Part shown: in pieces, positions 26,600 to 59,370 of the stretch
How positions within the stretch are numbered: position 1 is the first letter of the stretch
Layout: the number at the start of each line of letters is the position of its first letter
From: Paraspadella gotoi
Lineage: Eukaryota > Animalia > Chaetognatha
Assembly: GCA_051294375.1 (NCBI GenBank)
Contig: CM119264.1
Span: forward strand, 20,858,438 to 20,922,437
DNA length: 64,000 nt
Direction of reading: 5' to 3'
Notes under the pieces: generated by a model
The model's database searches: none
The model's input: only the letters and a program-made list of their open reading frames with translations
Told to the model about the DNA's origin: nothing
Made by a program: the position numbers and the translations under genes

Positions 26600-27560
26600 A
26601 AAAGAAAGAGAGAGAGAAAGAAAGAGAATAAATCCACGAAAATCTCGGATGTAAATTTGGGATTTTGCATTGAGAAAAAAGCGCGGAATAAATGGTGATA
26701 ATTAAAGTTTTTTAAAGGAAAACAATAATCAATTTTTTTCAAAAAACGATCACGTAAAAGATCGTACAGAGAGAGAGAGAGTCAGAGACAGAGAGAGACA
26801 GAAAGAGAAAGAGAGACAGAGAGAGAAAGAGAGAGAGAGAAAGCTGGACAGCCGCTGGAAGGCAGATGTACAGTCACTGAAGAGCCTAAACTCGTTTTTA
26901 AAGGGTTCAGAAAAGGCAGCAACTGACAAAAATAGGAAGAAAAATATATACATAATTTAAAGAAATAAAAGAAAGGAAAAAAATGTAAAATTTTTTTACA
27001 ATTGGAAATTGTTACTATTTTTTTCAATCATAGCTTGTAAAAGATTTCATTTTTATTCGTATTAAAATTAGGATAAAGCTTCTCATTAAAAGGGTCTTCT
27101 GATTTTACATTTTTTTTGTATTGATTCAAAGATTTTTTTATGACTTTCATCTCCAATATTTTTTACTGCAATATGTAAATTAGATTAAAGCATTCCTATA
27201 TAATAATTTGGATATTATATGGAGTACTATAATCTCATTTGCAAATTTCAGTAAATCATAATGAAGTGGAAATTCAAACAAAAAATACTTGAATCCAAAT
27301 GTAATATAAAAATTTCAAAGCTATTTCAAGATGAGAATTCATATCTAAATTTTTAACTTACTATAATCGCACACTTTTATAAAACTTCATCGTAATTCAT
27401 AATAGTTTTATTTAAAAAAAAGCGGTAAGTCCCAGCCAAAACTATAAAAGCGTATACGAAAAAGCGTGACGAAGACGACGACGACGACGACGACGACACG
27501 AAGAGGCTCACACGAAACAATATCGAGCCTGAACCGGCTTCGCCAGTTGGCTCGATAAAA
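26334..27560 (-). mobile_element. Family H2 repeat, full-length reverse copy
   Basis: Reverse complement of both H2 termini and of the internal 21-bp repeats. Confidence 0.7.
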
Positions 27561-27666
27561 ATATCATTCATCTGCTCATGAGATACGGAGTTAGCTCTTA
27601 AGATTATTACATATAATCTTAAGAAAGGTTTATTAATGTGCCAATACAACGATTTTTTTATTATTA

Positions 27667-27711
27667 AGAGTACATGTTTCGACTCTGTTGGTTTGAGTCT
27701 TCATCAGCTTT
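27667..27711 (-). ncRNA. Minimal type I hammerhead ribozyme (GUA site)
   Basis: Reverse complement AAAG-CTGATGA-A-GACTC/GAGTC-GAAACATG-TA-CTCT. Confidence 0.8.
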
Positions 27712-28143
27712 GAAAAAACATTAACAAAATGCTCTACACATTAAGTTAGAGAGAGAGAGAGAGAATTGAATTGAATTGAATTGTATTAAAGAAACGGGCT
27801 TTGGGCTACATTGTGCCCCTAAAAGCTACATCAATTTACAAAACGATATTCACAAGTTGAAAAGTATTTAAAGATATAAACGAAAATCGGGTAGAGTTTT
27901 TATCCTAAACATGTTTCATGAAATCTTTCCAAGAGGCAGTTCAAACAATCTTTCTTTTTCGAAATGTTGTCCGAAATTTTTCGAAATGAGAGAGAGAGAG
28001 AGAGAGAGAGTGAGTAAGTGAGACAGATTGAGGGAGAGTTTCCAACAAAGGGCTGAGTAAAGGACAGGCCAGATGAGAGGATAGGTGAAGGTAAGAACAG
28101 AGATAAGAAGATAATAAGAAGATAATTTTGAAATGGTGAAAAT

Positions 28144-28174
<31 letters not shown>

Positions 28175-31100
28175 CAGAGAGAGAGAGAGAGAGAGATAGA
28201 TATTAATTACATTTGACAATGTACAACAAAGATAAAATTTGAAAAAACTTAGAAAAAAGCTGAGATTTTGAATTAATAACAAAAGTTAAATAAGTAGTAA
28301 TGAAAATAGCAATAGAGAAATAGGTGGTGAGGGATAGATAAGGTAAGAGTTTAGTAAAATATATAAAAGGCAGTGATTTTGATTTGGGTATTTTCAACAA
28401 TGAAATTGAAACTTAAATAACTATTAATTCTTTTTTTCCCACTGATAAATATGAAACACTCTTTATTTAAAAAAACGGTTGGCTATAGTTATCTTCTCTT
28501 TATAACATAGAACTCACTGGGTGAATTTCCATGCTTTCAAAATTCCGTAAGACATGATTTCTTTTACGACAATCATTCTAATTACGGTATCTGCCATAAT
28601 GAAGATGAAACTAAAACGATTTTTCATGTTAAGGGCAACTTTTAAAGAATAAATTGCTCGTCAGATCTATCGCGTTTTTTAGATATACTACTGCTTAGGG
28701 CCTAAGCAGTAGTATATCTAAGCCTTAGGCAAATCAACGGCACGCTATATTTTAAATTTTTTTTTCTTTTTTATCAACTATTTTTTTTCTCTCTTTAACA
28801 TTTTTTCTCTCTCTCTCTCTTTTTTTCTCTTTCTCTCTGTCTTTCTCTCCCTTTCTCCTACTTTTCTGTCCTCATATTTATCTGTGTCATCCCTTCTTTT
28901 CTTCCTTAACCTTTATTTCCCTTCCTCTCAATCTCTGTTTTTCTCTCCCTCTCTGATTCTCTTTCTTCCCTGTTTCTTATCTTTTCTTTTCTCTCAATTG
29001 TTTTTGTTTTCCCCCCCTCTCCCCATATATTAATTTCTTTCCACTCTTTCTCCCTCTCCCTTCAATTTTTTTCACCCATTCTCTCTCTTCTCTCATCTTA
29101 TTCTCATTCTCACTCATTTTTTGCATTCATAAAAATCTTTAAAATGTAATGTAAGAAAAAAAATCTAGGGTAGTGAATGATTTTAGCGAAAGTTTGGTTG
29201 CCAAGCTGATTTAAAAAATCGACAGATTTTTGCGAAAATTTTTCCGCAAAAACCTATCGATTGAGAGAAATTAATTTTCAATAAAAGAAGGCGGTTTTTT
29301 TCAATTCGTCAACTTTAGTGTGTTTCTCATCTATTAAAACTATATAATAACTCAAAAATCGAGCTTTAGTTCAAATAAAATGCACCTCATAAATCCTCAC
29401 AAATTAAAAGTAGGCTTAAAATTTTTTTTGCAGCTAAAGTATTAAATATTTTGCCCTAATTTTTTAGGTACCAGAAACACCAACAATAGGGAATATTTGA
29501 TTAGAATTGTGGACATTTTGAAGTATTTTCGTTTAACAAATTGTAATAAAATGTAAAAATGTAAGTTTTTGACTAGTCAATTTAAAAATTAATTCATAGG
29601 CAAACAATAGATGATTAACCTCAAATGAACCAACTCAGAGGTAAAGAAGCTAAGAAGGACCCGAAAGCCGGAGTAAAAAATTTTTCTTCAATGATCTTAG
29701 CATTCAAAACTGAAGACAAAAGTCAAAATGGACAAAAGTGGACATAATTTTTTTTATTAAAAGTAGCACATCTCAAACAAAACGTCGTACGTTTTTAAAA
29801 GATCGTTTCTTTATCCCCGAATCGAAAAGATTCTTACGCGTCCGAAATCGTTTTTTTCGTGTTTTTTTTTCTTCTTTTTGGTCCTGAATCAACGAATCCG
29901 TCAAAAGAACAGATTTCCAAACATTGAAAAAAATAACTACTGGAGTTTCAACTTCAACAAATTCATTATTTTTTTAAAATATCTTTTAAGGTTTGTATTT
30001 AAATATGTTAAATAAACGTTGATTGACAAAAATTTACCTTTAGATAAAAATTATCATTTTTTAAGATATAAAGGTATTGCAGTTGGTAAAAATATTGGTA
30101 AAATATTAGGAATTGTAGTAGAACCGACAAGACTTCATATATAAAAGTAGTTTGGCGCTTTCCATTTCCTGCGGTTTTTTGATTAAATTATGATTAGTGA
30201 GGAAAAATAATCAAGAGAAAAAATACTAACAAAAAAAAATTTAAAAGTTATTCAAAGAAAAAATAATAATTGGGTCGTAGAATTTAAAATTTATCCTGAA
30301 TAAATGATTTTGATAATATTAATCAATTTTCTAGGAAAAAACACTTTGTTATATAACATAATATTATTTTTCTTTTACTCAAATAGTTTCATTTATTTGA
30401 GTTATATCCCTAATTTTGTCGGAATTGAGGATTTGATGGAAACATTTTGAAAAAGAGAAGGCATAATCAGTCAGCGATGAGGAAGAATCAGAACAAGAAA
30501 GTAAGACAATGAATATTCTTTGATTTTATAGATTATAAACTTATTTAAACAAACTGCCAATTAGCGGTTTTGGTAAGGCACTTATTCTTCTGAAAGTGCC
30601 CATTTCGTCCCTTAAAATTTAATTTTAAACCTTCTAAATTTATAAGACAATCTCCAAACTGGATCAACCCAAAAATGAATGCTTAAATTTGTATTTAGAT
30701 GGTAATTTGTGCCTTGTGAATATGAACAAAATTCATGCAATAGCTCCTTCGAAAACTTTATCGGTTACTTCACAAGACTCTGACAGCAATAATGATTCTT
30801 TTTGAAACATTATCCATTGTATCGGACGCGCCAACGATCCCATATGTAATATGAACACAACTATCAAGATGAAATTATTGATAAAGCAGAGGATGACAGA
30901 AGTGTACAACTCATAACTTCAACCTCCTTCAATCATGGATATCCAAGTAAAAAAAAAATTGTTTTAAATTTAAGTTTAAATTTCTTATTGTAAATGATAA
31001 TAACTTACGAAAATTTTACGAATTAAAATTGTGTGATTGAGCTGGAATAAAATTAATAAAAAAAAGGAGTTTTAATGGAAAAAAAACATAAGTCACGTTT

Positions 31101-33934
31101 ACTTGAATATTGTTTACTTATATTACCTTCATAATTAACTCTAATTGACCAAAATTTCTTTAAAAAATATGTTCGAATGTTTTTTCAGGAAAATAGATAA
31201 TTGGCTAGAACATTTTTGGCGTCTTCCCTCACATATTCCTCAATATTTAAAAATTTATTTAGGGGATTTAATAACAGGGTTTTAACCTAATTAATTCTGA
31301 ATTCATAGGCACTGTGATAGGGTCCATATGCAGAAAGGGCAGCAGTTATGACAAATCAAATGGATGTCTGACTTCTTAAAATCTACAATTCACTTGGTCT
31401 GAAGGATTTTCTACAAAGGATATTACCCCTTATATCCATGTCCATGTTCCATACACCATACTGTTATTGTGTGTTTAAATCTAAATTAAGTGGAGAGTTG
31501 TTTGAAGCGCCAAAATGATAGCATTAAAAAAACACACCTCCGTCGAACAACATCATAAAGATCAAAGCAAACACTAAAAATGGGAAAAGACGTGGATCAA
31601 AAAATGAGGCCCCAGACAATTCAAGAGAGTAAAAAAAAAATTGTTAAAAAAGAGGAAAAAAAGCCTAGCATACTTTATCAGAAAGGGAAAAAAAAAACTG
31701 AAAATGGCAATAATGAGGAAGAAGTTTATCACATAAAATCTTGTTTATGAAAGTCCTTAGTACATCTTGACTCACAAAATTTAATATTTGAAAAGACTGG
31801 CACCCCGACCTCAAATTAAGCAATAGAATCAAAACTTGAAAATCAGCTTATGGTGCTCGTTGGGAAAGGAAAATTTCGATTATCACTACGGTTAGTTAAA
31901 AATATCTGCCAATTTTTTAACTATCAATAAAAATTGAGGGTCATTGTTTAAAAAATAGAGCAGGTACTATAATACAAATCTGTCAACATGCCTGTCAATT
32001 GCTTGACAATGTTACAAAATTTTGACTACTTTACCAAAGCGTGCCTTTGCTATAAGCTTTTAATATTTTTGCGTTGATATAATTCTTTTTAAAACATTAT
32101 GTTGTTGCCCTGTAAAAAAAAAATGGTTTTACTATTTCTTCGATGAAATGTCATTATTACGAAAATGTCAATTTGACAAGGAAAAACAAATGGATTTAAA
32201 AAAAAGGTAAAGATTTAAAGCCCCTTTAAATTAGTATAAATTTCAATTTTAAATTAGCGACTTAATGTCATGATTTCTGAGATTCTTTGAAAAAAAAATA
32301 AAATTACAAAAAGCCAATAAAAAACTTAGTTTATGCTTTTCTTATTAAAAATTTGAACTATGTTTGATGAAACGTTGATTTACCAAAAAAATTACCATTA
32401 CTGATTACTGATTTTACAGTAAAAATTATCATTTTTTTTAAAGATATAAAAGCTCCTCTTTGAAGTGTTGCAGTTTGGTTAAAACATTGGGCAATTTTGG
32501 GCTGCAACCACTTGGTATTTTCATTACACGCAAACCGAAAGACTTTATAATAAATTTTGCGCTTCTCATTGTTTAATCAGGTTGGATTTGGTGCCCGCCG
32601 CCCACGGTTTTCTCTTCGGCCGCTCTAATGATGCAGCGTTTTGCCAGATCTTCTGGCGGCAGTAATCTCCTGCCGGCTTCGGTTTACTTTTGTTATTTGA
32701 CATTTAAATAGTTTAAAATATATTTTTTTCCTTTACAATTTGATTTCTTTTTCCACTTAAGTGAATCATATTACTTATTCCGAGTTGTGGCTAAAGAATT
32801 ATGATAAAAATGCTAATAATTCTATAATTATTTTTTTTGCCAATTACCATAGGAAAATAAAGTTAACTATCAGGCATAGCCTACCTTACAAAGACGTCCA
32901 TTTATAATCATTTGTATGCTCGTTTTAGGAGAAAGGCCCAATTTAAGCAGGCTAAAGCCAAAAGCGATGAACCATTTATATCTATGTGCATTGTAAATAA
33001 TCTTTGAAACATTATGCGACTCCCTTGAGGGAAGCCAGGTACTCTGGAGTGTATAAACGAGACTGTGCAGAAGAAGTCTTCCATTAAAGCTTGGAGAACT
33101 GCTATTTATCTTGTAAGGCCTTAAAACACCAAAGCCTATCAAGAGTCATGGGCAAAAGATAGCTTAATATTAAATTAATGGGATAATTTATTATTGGCTG
33201 TACCCAAGTTTCATATTCACATTTAAAAAAAAAAGTATTTTCTTCATCCTAAAATTATAATGAAATAATAAGATCGAAAACTTTAACAAAAAAGGAAATA
33301 GATTTTTAAAAAAATTCTTTAATTTTTTTTTTTATTCGATCGGAATCTCGGTAACGAATTAAACTTCGTAAGCAAAATATCATTTGTTTATTAGCCAATT
33401 TTAAAAACGTACGATGTTTTGTTCGAGATGAAAAAATATTGATTATTAATTAGAAAATGATGCAGAGGATTTCAATTAATCCGTAGTTTAGCCAACTTTG
33501 TCTTAGAGTTAAAATTTAATCATTTTGTTGGTAATATTCTAACAATATTGAAAAAAGTGTTTTTTTTTGCTAAATACCTCGATAAAAAATCACTGCCAAG
33601 AGAAGAAAGAGCTCAAAAATGAGCTGCCCCCCCCCCGGGCGGACAAAGGTGGGACGCTGACGATGTGATCGGGTCATTGGCTTGTCATAGACTGAGATGA
33701 TATTCGTGTAGAGTGGGATATCATGGGTCAGGTAAAGACCCGCCTGGAAAATACCAAGTGCCACTCTAATATCTCTTTGGCCTGATAAGCCTGATGAAGC
33801 CCTCCTCTCACCTGACGGTGAGGTGGTCGGTTGCCTGTTCTTGCCTGTTTCGGTGCAGGAGATTCTCTCTCTCTTTCACTTTTCACCATTTCAAAATTAT
33901 CTTCTCCTTCATCTGGCCACTGTCCTTTACTCAG

Positions 33935-34015
<81 letters not shown>

Positions 34016-34049
34016 ACTTAATGTGTAGAGCATTTTGTTAATGTTTTTC

Positions 34050-34094
34050 ATAGCTGATGAAGACTCTAACCAACAGATTCGAAATATGTACTCT
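34050..34094 (+). ncRNA. Minimal type I hammerhead motif, slightly degenerate; duplicated at 39009-39053
   Basis: CTGATGA-A-GACTC..GATTC-GAAATATG-TA. Confidence 0.65.
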
Positions 34095-37000
34095 TAATAA
34101 TAAAAAAATCGTTGTATTGGCACATTAATAAACCTTTCTTAATATTCACTTAGCAACGAAAATAGAGAAAATATACAATGTCTACATATAATCTATAACT
34201 TTTTTGCAAATGAAAAAATCTGAAAATTAAAATTGTTACTTTTTATCATCCAATGTTTAAAGAAAGATATAACGTCAGCAAAAGGTAGCGCTTCAAAAAA
34301 AAGCTGTAACATTTAACGAAATATTTTTTGCCGAAATTGTTTTCAAACGCGAAAGGTTGACCACAAATGTGGCCGCTCTCTCCCTCTAATCTGCCGGGCA
34401 TAAATGAAACGTAAAAGCATTTACGCGCCAATCGGCCAATCAGTCGCCACCATCGCCAACTCTGACGCACAAACTTAAGCGCCAGCGCCACTACCAACAC
34501 CGACGCCGCGACCGCAATGGAAGGCGACTGCAGACAGAAGGAGATAAACAAGAAAATCACGAGCAACGCGGAGAAGATAAGGTCAAATGAGTTGAGGAAG
34601 AAGGGAAAGTGGGGGGATGGGAGGAGGAGGAATGAGAGGGAGGAGAGGGTATTGCGCGCCAGTTTTAAAACGGCAGGAGAGGCGTGCCTCGGGACCCTTG
34701 AAAGCCAAGCTCCTCCAATCCCTCACAATTCCATTAAAACTTGACAAGACTACATTTGTATAATTTTTGTGGTTTTTTTTTAAAATATAAGTGTTATTTT
34801 ATGTATCTCCTATTCTGTATTTTTTTATCTGTTTTACTTAGGTAGGTAGGTAGGTAGGTAGGTAGGTCGGTTGATATTTGCGCCGTTTTTTTACACAACC
34901 TCGCCAAAACGATACATGAAAAATATTTAACTTTCCTCAGAAATTTTTAAACATCATTAAGAAACATATGAATCGTGATGAGAAGATTTTCTGAAAAAAA
35001 TTGGTCCGTACGAGAAATAAAGGTCACTGATTATTTACGGGATTGTTCTTTTTTTTTTTTTTGCTCTTTTGAGAGAAACTCGAGATGTCAGGAGATTATA
35101 GAAAAAAAAAAGAAAAGATTTAGGATCAAATGGTAAATTTTTTTAAAACCATTCTGACTTCCATCGTTAAGGAATGAGTTACGCTTATTGATATTGATGA
35201 TTAATGATCTACAAGCCGGCAGTCCACCCTATTGAAAATTCAATAATTTCCAAAGTGAATTGTTGAATAAAACTAAAGTTTTAAATTAAAAAATGTTACA
35301 TTTGAGTATACCAAAATATTATCTTAAACAACAATTACCACAATTTTTAAAGAATGAAGATAAAAATCCATTTTAATTATAATATAAAATTATTCTATCA
35401 TATACTTTGCAAAAACTATTGTCAGCGACGCTAAACTAAAAAAGTCAATAAAATTATTTCCACATTTTCATTGAACTTCAAGAAAACAATTTTCGTGTTT
35501 ATGCCTTGTCACTTGATACAGAACATCCTGATAAACTAAACCACTCTTCATCAAGTCGTCTTAGGTTTTCCGACCTTTTTATTTCCATTCGAAATTTAAT
35601 TTAAGATCTGCACGATATCCCATCCTAAGGTTTTATAATTTCTCTCTCTCCATCAAATTCCAACACGTTGCGTAGATCGACCGGCTCATATTTGCTTGTA
35701 AGCGAAATATGTTCCTGAAAATAAGTAAAAAAAAGAACGGAAGAAAACAAGTTCAACTCGTAAATCAAAAAGAGAAGTCCCTAATTCGGAACAAATTCCG
35801 AGAACTAATCGCAGAGGTAATAAAAAAGGTACAAAAGGAAGTGGAATGATTATATCCTGATTTATATTATTATTTTGATTATTTGTCGGATCGTTACCAA
35901 GATCGATCGAGGTGGGATAAACTTACCCGAACTGAGATCGCCTGGAATAATTATTCTCGAAATCTCGAGGATTAAAGTGACAGTCTTCGACAAAATTTGA
36001 GCATGCGCAAAAAAAAGAATTACAACTACAACGACAAGGTCTACTACAAAACGACAACTGAGAAAAAGAAAAACAACTTACGGATTCTACAAAGTAAGTT
36101 TGGACGAATAATTTTCCAGGTCAAATCTGCGTCACAACGTAACCTGACGAAAATTTAAACCCGACCTTAAAAAAAAACTTGAATGACTGGTGCCCCGCCT
36201 TACGAAATCGCCTAAACTCAAGCGAAAAAAACTTTTTCAATTTCTTTTTTTATTTTTAAGATTTATTTTCTAAAAATTGTGCCATAATTACGTTATGTTC
36301 TGATTTGTACAAACAAATTTTTATTTTATATATAACTTCATGAACTCATTTTCTTTTCGATACTTTTATTTTTGAAAAACTGGATTCGAAGTGTTTTTTT
36401 CCTTTCCTTTTCGGTATTGTTGTCGTTGCTCGTCTTCGTCCTCGGGGTCTTTGTCCTCTTGGTTGTTTTCATTCGCCTTATGGTGTCGTGATTATTATGT
36501 TATAATTATAAACTATGATTTATATATTAGATATCAGTGTTTTCTAAATTAATATGAAATTAATGTTTTCTAGTTGAAAATTAATTTTTACAACCGTTTG
36601 TGTGAACGGACGAACGGTACGACGAGCATTATTTAAAAAAAAACATATTCTAAGTCAATTCTTTCGACTATTTTTTTTTATTTTTAAATAAAATACCTTC
36701 AATAAAGTGTAGATAATTATCAGTAAACTGTAAATCAATTACTTTATTCTTTTCCAGACCAAACGTTAATTATTGTAAATAAAAAATGCTATACTAACAA
36801 ACTTTGGTAATCTTACCAATAAAAATGATGTAAATAACTGTCTTTGTTCTTGCACTTTGTCGTTTCTTTATTATTTACCGTCTGGTCGCGGCCAACGAAA
36901 TTCTTGCATCACAGTGACTTCAAAGTGCAAACCCTCGTTGAGTCTCTGTAAGTATTGGGTTTATCTGCCCTGGAGTCTCTGTTAACAATTTTTTTTCTTT

Positions 37001-38924
37001 TTTTTTCAGAGTTTGCGACAGCAAAACCAATGTTATTTAGACCAACGGGACGAATTCTTCTGCCCTGCAAATGGTATGAAATAAATTTGTTTCCAAAATT
37101 AAAATTTGAAACTCGAATAAACACTGTTTTAACTTTATAAATTAAGACATAATTTGTATATATATCGAATTTTATAATTGTTCCGGCATTTTACGTATCT
37201 TTCACGATAAATTTCCTACTTAATACAACATATTGAATCACAAGAAATGCGTCGTAAAAGAAACGGTGTGTGAAATACCGGGATGGAACCATATATCCGA
37301 AGAAAAAAAATCATTACTATAAAACTGTTAATAATTTCTTGAAATGTGAATAAATATTCAAGTTGTTCTCTTTCTTAACTTTTAGCCAATATATCGTTTG
37401 TTTTCAAATACTTTGATGCTCTGTTTTCTCCACGCGGTTTGGAAGAAAAAATGTTTGTCTAGTCTCATTCTAAAACATACCAGATAAAATTATTTATGAA
37501 AGGTTGAAAAAATTAGACGGTAATAAGTCAGGTTCGGGTAAATTTTCTAAAAATTTTGTTTTACTTACCTTAAATAAATTAAAATATGTTTATTTGGATG
37601 CTTATAAAAATTTGAAGATTAAACGCACATTATAATTATCATAAGTAGGCTTAACTCCTATGTAATACAAAGCGACTAAATATTTTTTAGTTGGTTTAAA
37701 TTTTTTTCTTTTAAAACACTGGCAATGAAAGTAAAAGGCCAGAAACATCTTTTACACGATTTTATAGTGTATGTTAAACAATCCATAACACTACTATTAA
37801 GTTGCCGGTATAAGGTCCTGCTTTTTTCCCAAAAAAAAATTTTAAAAAATTTCGTTTTTTACGTGTTCCCCAGCGGACGTAATCAAGAAAAGACCGACGT
37901 GTCCGTCAAGCCTTGAAGAAATGCTTCGACGCAACCACACTGCCCTGCTGGTGGATGACGCGGACAGGCTGCTCAACTTCACTTCGACAGGTGGACGCGT
38001 CAGGAGAGTTGTCCCAACGGGCTACGACGACAAAATAGGGCTCCCAGTATGACGTGGGCGAGAAAGAGAATAATTTTTTATTAGTTCTGTTGCTCCAGCA
38101 TTATTCAATATCTTCCATATATTACAAATATTCATTATCGTTTATTCATTCATTATTCATCATTCATCATTCACATTCATCATTCATTCATTCATTCATA
38201 CATATCCCATAATCGCAGTGAAGAAATCATGGAGAATCTTTATACATTATATTACTGTTTGTCACTGTAGCGTATGCAGGACAGAAGAAAATCCTTTGCC
38301 TCTATGCTAGTCTGACTCTGCTTACAGCTAGACCCGACTCTATAATTCACTTTTGTCGGTCCGGTCGTCCTGCCTCCCTCATATATGTACACAACTTATA
38401 TCATGCTCAGAACATCGATAATTATTCGAAAATTATGATAAAAAAAAAAGATATGTTCTCTATATATACACATATGTATAAACAGATAAAGGAGTCCGTC
38501 CGTCCGTCCGTCCGTCCGTCCGTCCGTATCCGTCCGTCTCGCGCTCGCCCCTGTCGTCCGTCCGTCCGTCGCGATCGCCGTTCGCCCACGACTTAGCCAA
38601 AACCACATAACTCGTAGTGTTTTAATTATGAATTGGGAATGGATATTGAAATGTGTGGGTAGAAAGGTGGTATTGAGCTGGTATATGATTTTGATGAATC
38701 TCGTGAGTGGAAAATGAAAAATGACAAAAATTAAAAAATAATTCACTATGCAACGACCAATTACTCAAGGAGGGATGGGTTGATGACTGAAAATCTCTCT
38801 CTCCCNNNNNNNNNNNNNNNNNNNNNNNNNTCTCTCTCTTTCACTTTTCACCATTTCAAAATTATCTTCTCCTTCATCTGGCCACTGTCCTTTACTCAGC
38901 CCTCTCTCTCTCTCTCTCTCTCTC

Positions 38925-38973
<49 letters not shown>

Positions 38974-41793
38974 ACTTAATGTGTAGAGCATTTTGTTAAT
39001 GTTTTTTCATAGCTGATGAAGACTCTAACCAACAGATTCGAAATATGTACTCTTAATAATAAAAAAATCGTTGTATTGGCACATTAATAAACCTTTCTTA
39101 ATATTCACTTAGCAACGAAAATAGAGAAAATAATACAATGTCTACATATAATCTATAACTTTTTTGCAAATGAAAAAATCTGAAAATTAAAATTGTTACT
39201 TTTTATCATCCAATGTTTAAAGAAAGATATAACGTCAGCAAAAGGTAGCGCTTCAAAAAAAAGCTGTAACATTTAACGAAATATTTTTTGCCGAAATTGT
39301 TTTCAAACCGCGAAAGGTTGACCACAAATGTGGCCGCTCTCTCCCTCTAATCTGCCGGGCATAAATGAAACGTAGAAAGCATTTACGCCGCCAATCGGCC
39401 AAATCAGTCGCCACCATCGCCAACTCTGACGCACAAACTAAGCGCCAGCGCCACTACCAACACCGACGCCGCGACCGCAATGGAAGGCGACTGCAGACAG
39501 AAGGAGATAAACAAGAAAATCACGAGCAACGCGGAGAAGATAAGGTCAAATGAGTTGAGGAAGAGAGGGAAAGTGGGGGGATGGGGAGGAGGAGGAAATG
39601 AGAGGGAGGAGAGGGTATTGCGCGCCAGTTTAAAACGGCAGGAGAGGCGTGCCTCGGGACCCCTTGAAAGCCAAGCTCCTCCAATCCCTCACAATTCCCA
39701 TTAAAACTTGACAAGACTACATTTGTATAATTTTTGTGGTTTTTTTTTAAATATAAGTGTTATTTTATGTATCTCCTATTCTGTATTTTTTTATCTGTTT
39801 TACTTAGGTAGGTAGGTAGGTAGGTAGGTAGGTCGGTTGATATTTGCGCCGTTTTTTTACACAACCTCGCCAAAACGATACATGAAAAATATTTAACTTT
39901 CCTCAGAAATTTTTAAACATCATTAAGAAACATATGAATCGTGATGAAGAAGATTTTCCTGAAAAAAATTGGTCCGTACGAGAAATAAAGGTCACTGATT
40001 ATTTACGGGATTGTTCTTTTTTTTTTTTTTGCTCTTTTGAGAGAAACTCGAGATGTCAGGAGATTATAGAAAAAAAAAAGAAAAGATTTAGGATCAAATG
40101 GTAAATTTTTTTAAAACCTTTCTGACTTCCATCGTTAAGGAATGAGTTACGCTTATTGATATTGATGATTAATGATCTACAAGCCGGCAGTCCCATTGAA
40201 AATTCAATAATTTCCAAAGTGAATTGTTGAATAAAACTAAAGTTTTAAATTAAAAAAATGTTACATTTGAGTATACCAAAATATTATCTTAAACAACAAT
40301 TACCACAATTTTTTAAAGAATGAAGATAAAAATCCATTTTAATTATAATATAAAATTATTCTATCATATACTTTGCAAAAACTATTGTCAGCGACGCTAA
40401 ACTAAAATAGTCAATAAAATTATTTCCACATTTCATTGAACTTCAAGAAAACAATTTTCGTGTTTATGCCTTGTCACTTGATACAGAACATCCTGATAAA
40501 CTAAACCACTCTTCATCAAGTCGTCTTAGGTTTTCCGACCTTTTTATTTCCATTCGAAAATTTAATTTAAGATCTGCACGATATCCCCATCCTAAGGTTT
40601 TATAAATTTCTCTCTCTCCATCAAATTCCAACACGTTGCGTAGATCGACCGGCTCATGTTTGCTTGTAAGCGAAATATGTTCCTGAAAATAAGAATTAAA
40701 AAAAAAGAACGGAAGAAAACAAGTTCAACTCGTAAATCAAAAAAGAGAAGTCCCTAATTCGGAACAAATTCCGAGAACTAATCGCAGAGGTAATAAAAAA
40801 GGTACAAAAGGAAGTGGAATGATTATATCCTGATTTATATTATTATTTTGATTATTTGTCGGATCGTTACCAAGATCGATCGAGGTGGGATAAACTTACC
40901 CGAACTGAGATCGCCTGGAATAATTATTCTCGAAATCTCGAGGATTAAAGTGACAGTCTTCGACAAAATTTAATGCGCAAAAAAAAAGAATTACAACTAC
41001 AACGACAAGGTCTACTACAAAACGACAACTGAGAAAAAGAACAACAACTTACGGATTCTACAAAGTAAGTTTGACGAATAATTTTCCAGTCAAAATCTGC
41101 GTCACAACGTAACCTGACGAAAATTTAAAACCCGACCTTAAAAAAAACTTGAATGACTGGTGCCGCCTTACGAAATCGCCTAAACTCAAGCGAAAAAACT
41201 TTTTCAATTCTTTTTTTATTTTTAAGATTTATTTTGCTAAAAATTGTGCCATAATTACGTTTATGTTCTGATTTGTACAAACAAATTTTTATTTTATATA
41301 TAACTTCATGAACTCATTTTCTTTTCGATACTTTTATTTTTGAAAAACTGGATTCGAAGTGTTTTTTTCCTTTCCTTTTCGGTTATTGTTGTCGTTGTGC
41401 TCGTCTTCGTCCTCGGGGTCTTTGTCCTCTTGGTTGTTTTCATCGCCTTATGTGTCGTGATTATTATGGTTATAATTATAACTATGATTTATATTATTAG
41501 ATATCAGTGTTTTCTAAATTAATATGAAATTAAGTTTTCTAGTTGAAAATTAATTTTTACAACCGTTTGTGTGAACGAGGCAACGAGTACGACGAGCATT
41601 ATTTAAAAAAAAACTATTCCTAAGTCAATTTCTTTCGACTATTTTTTTTTATTTTTAAATAAAATACCTTCAATAAAGTGTAGATAATTATCAGTAAACT
41701 GTAAATCAATTACTTTATTCTTTTCCAGACAAACGTTAATTATTGTAAATAAAAAATGCTAACTAACAAACTTTGGTAATCTTACCAATAAAA

Positions 41794-59370
<17,577 letters not shown>

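Larger units (their letters stand above)
27618..34142. mobile_element. Degraded Penelope-like element footprint bounded by inverted hammerhead-bearing pseudo-LTRs, with later insertions
   Basis: 27618-28150 is the reverse complement of about 33865-34142; each arm has a hammerhead; frameshifted GIY-YIG-like words on the minus strand near 28400-28600. Confidence 0.5.

Noticed and set aside
33790-33830. CTGATGAAGCC as another hammerhead
   Set aside because: No closing GGC-GAAA downstream
36825-38050. Apparent frameshifted paralog or pseudogene of the first three LDLa exons
   Set aside because: Lies in the gap-adjacent duplicate with indel-dominated differences typical of uncorrected reads; treated as a probable assembly artefact
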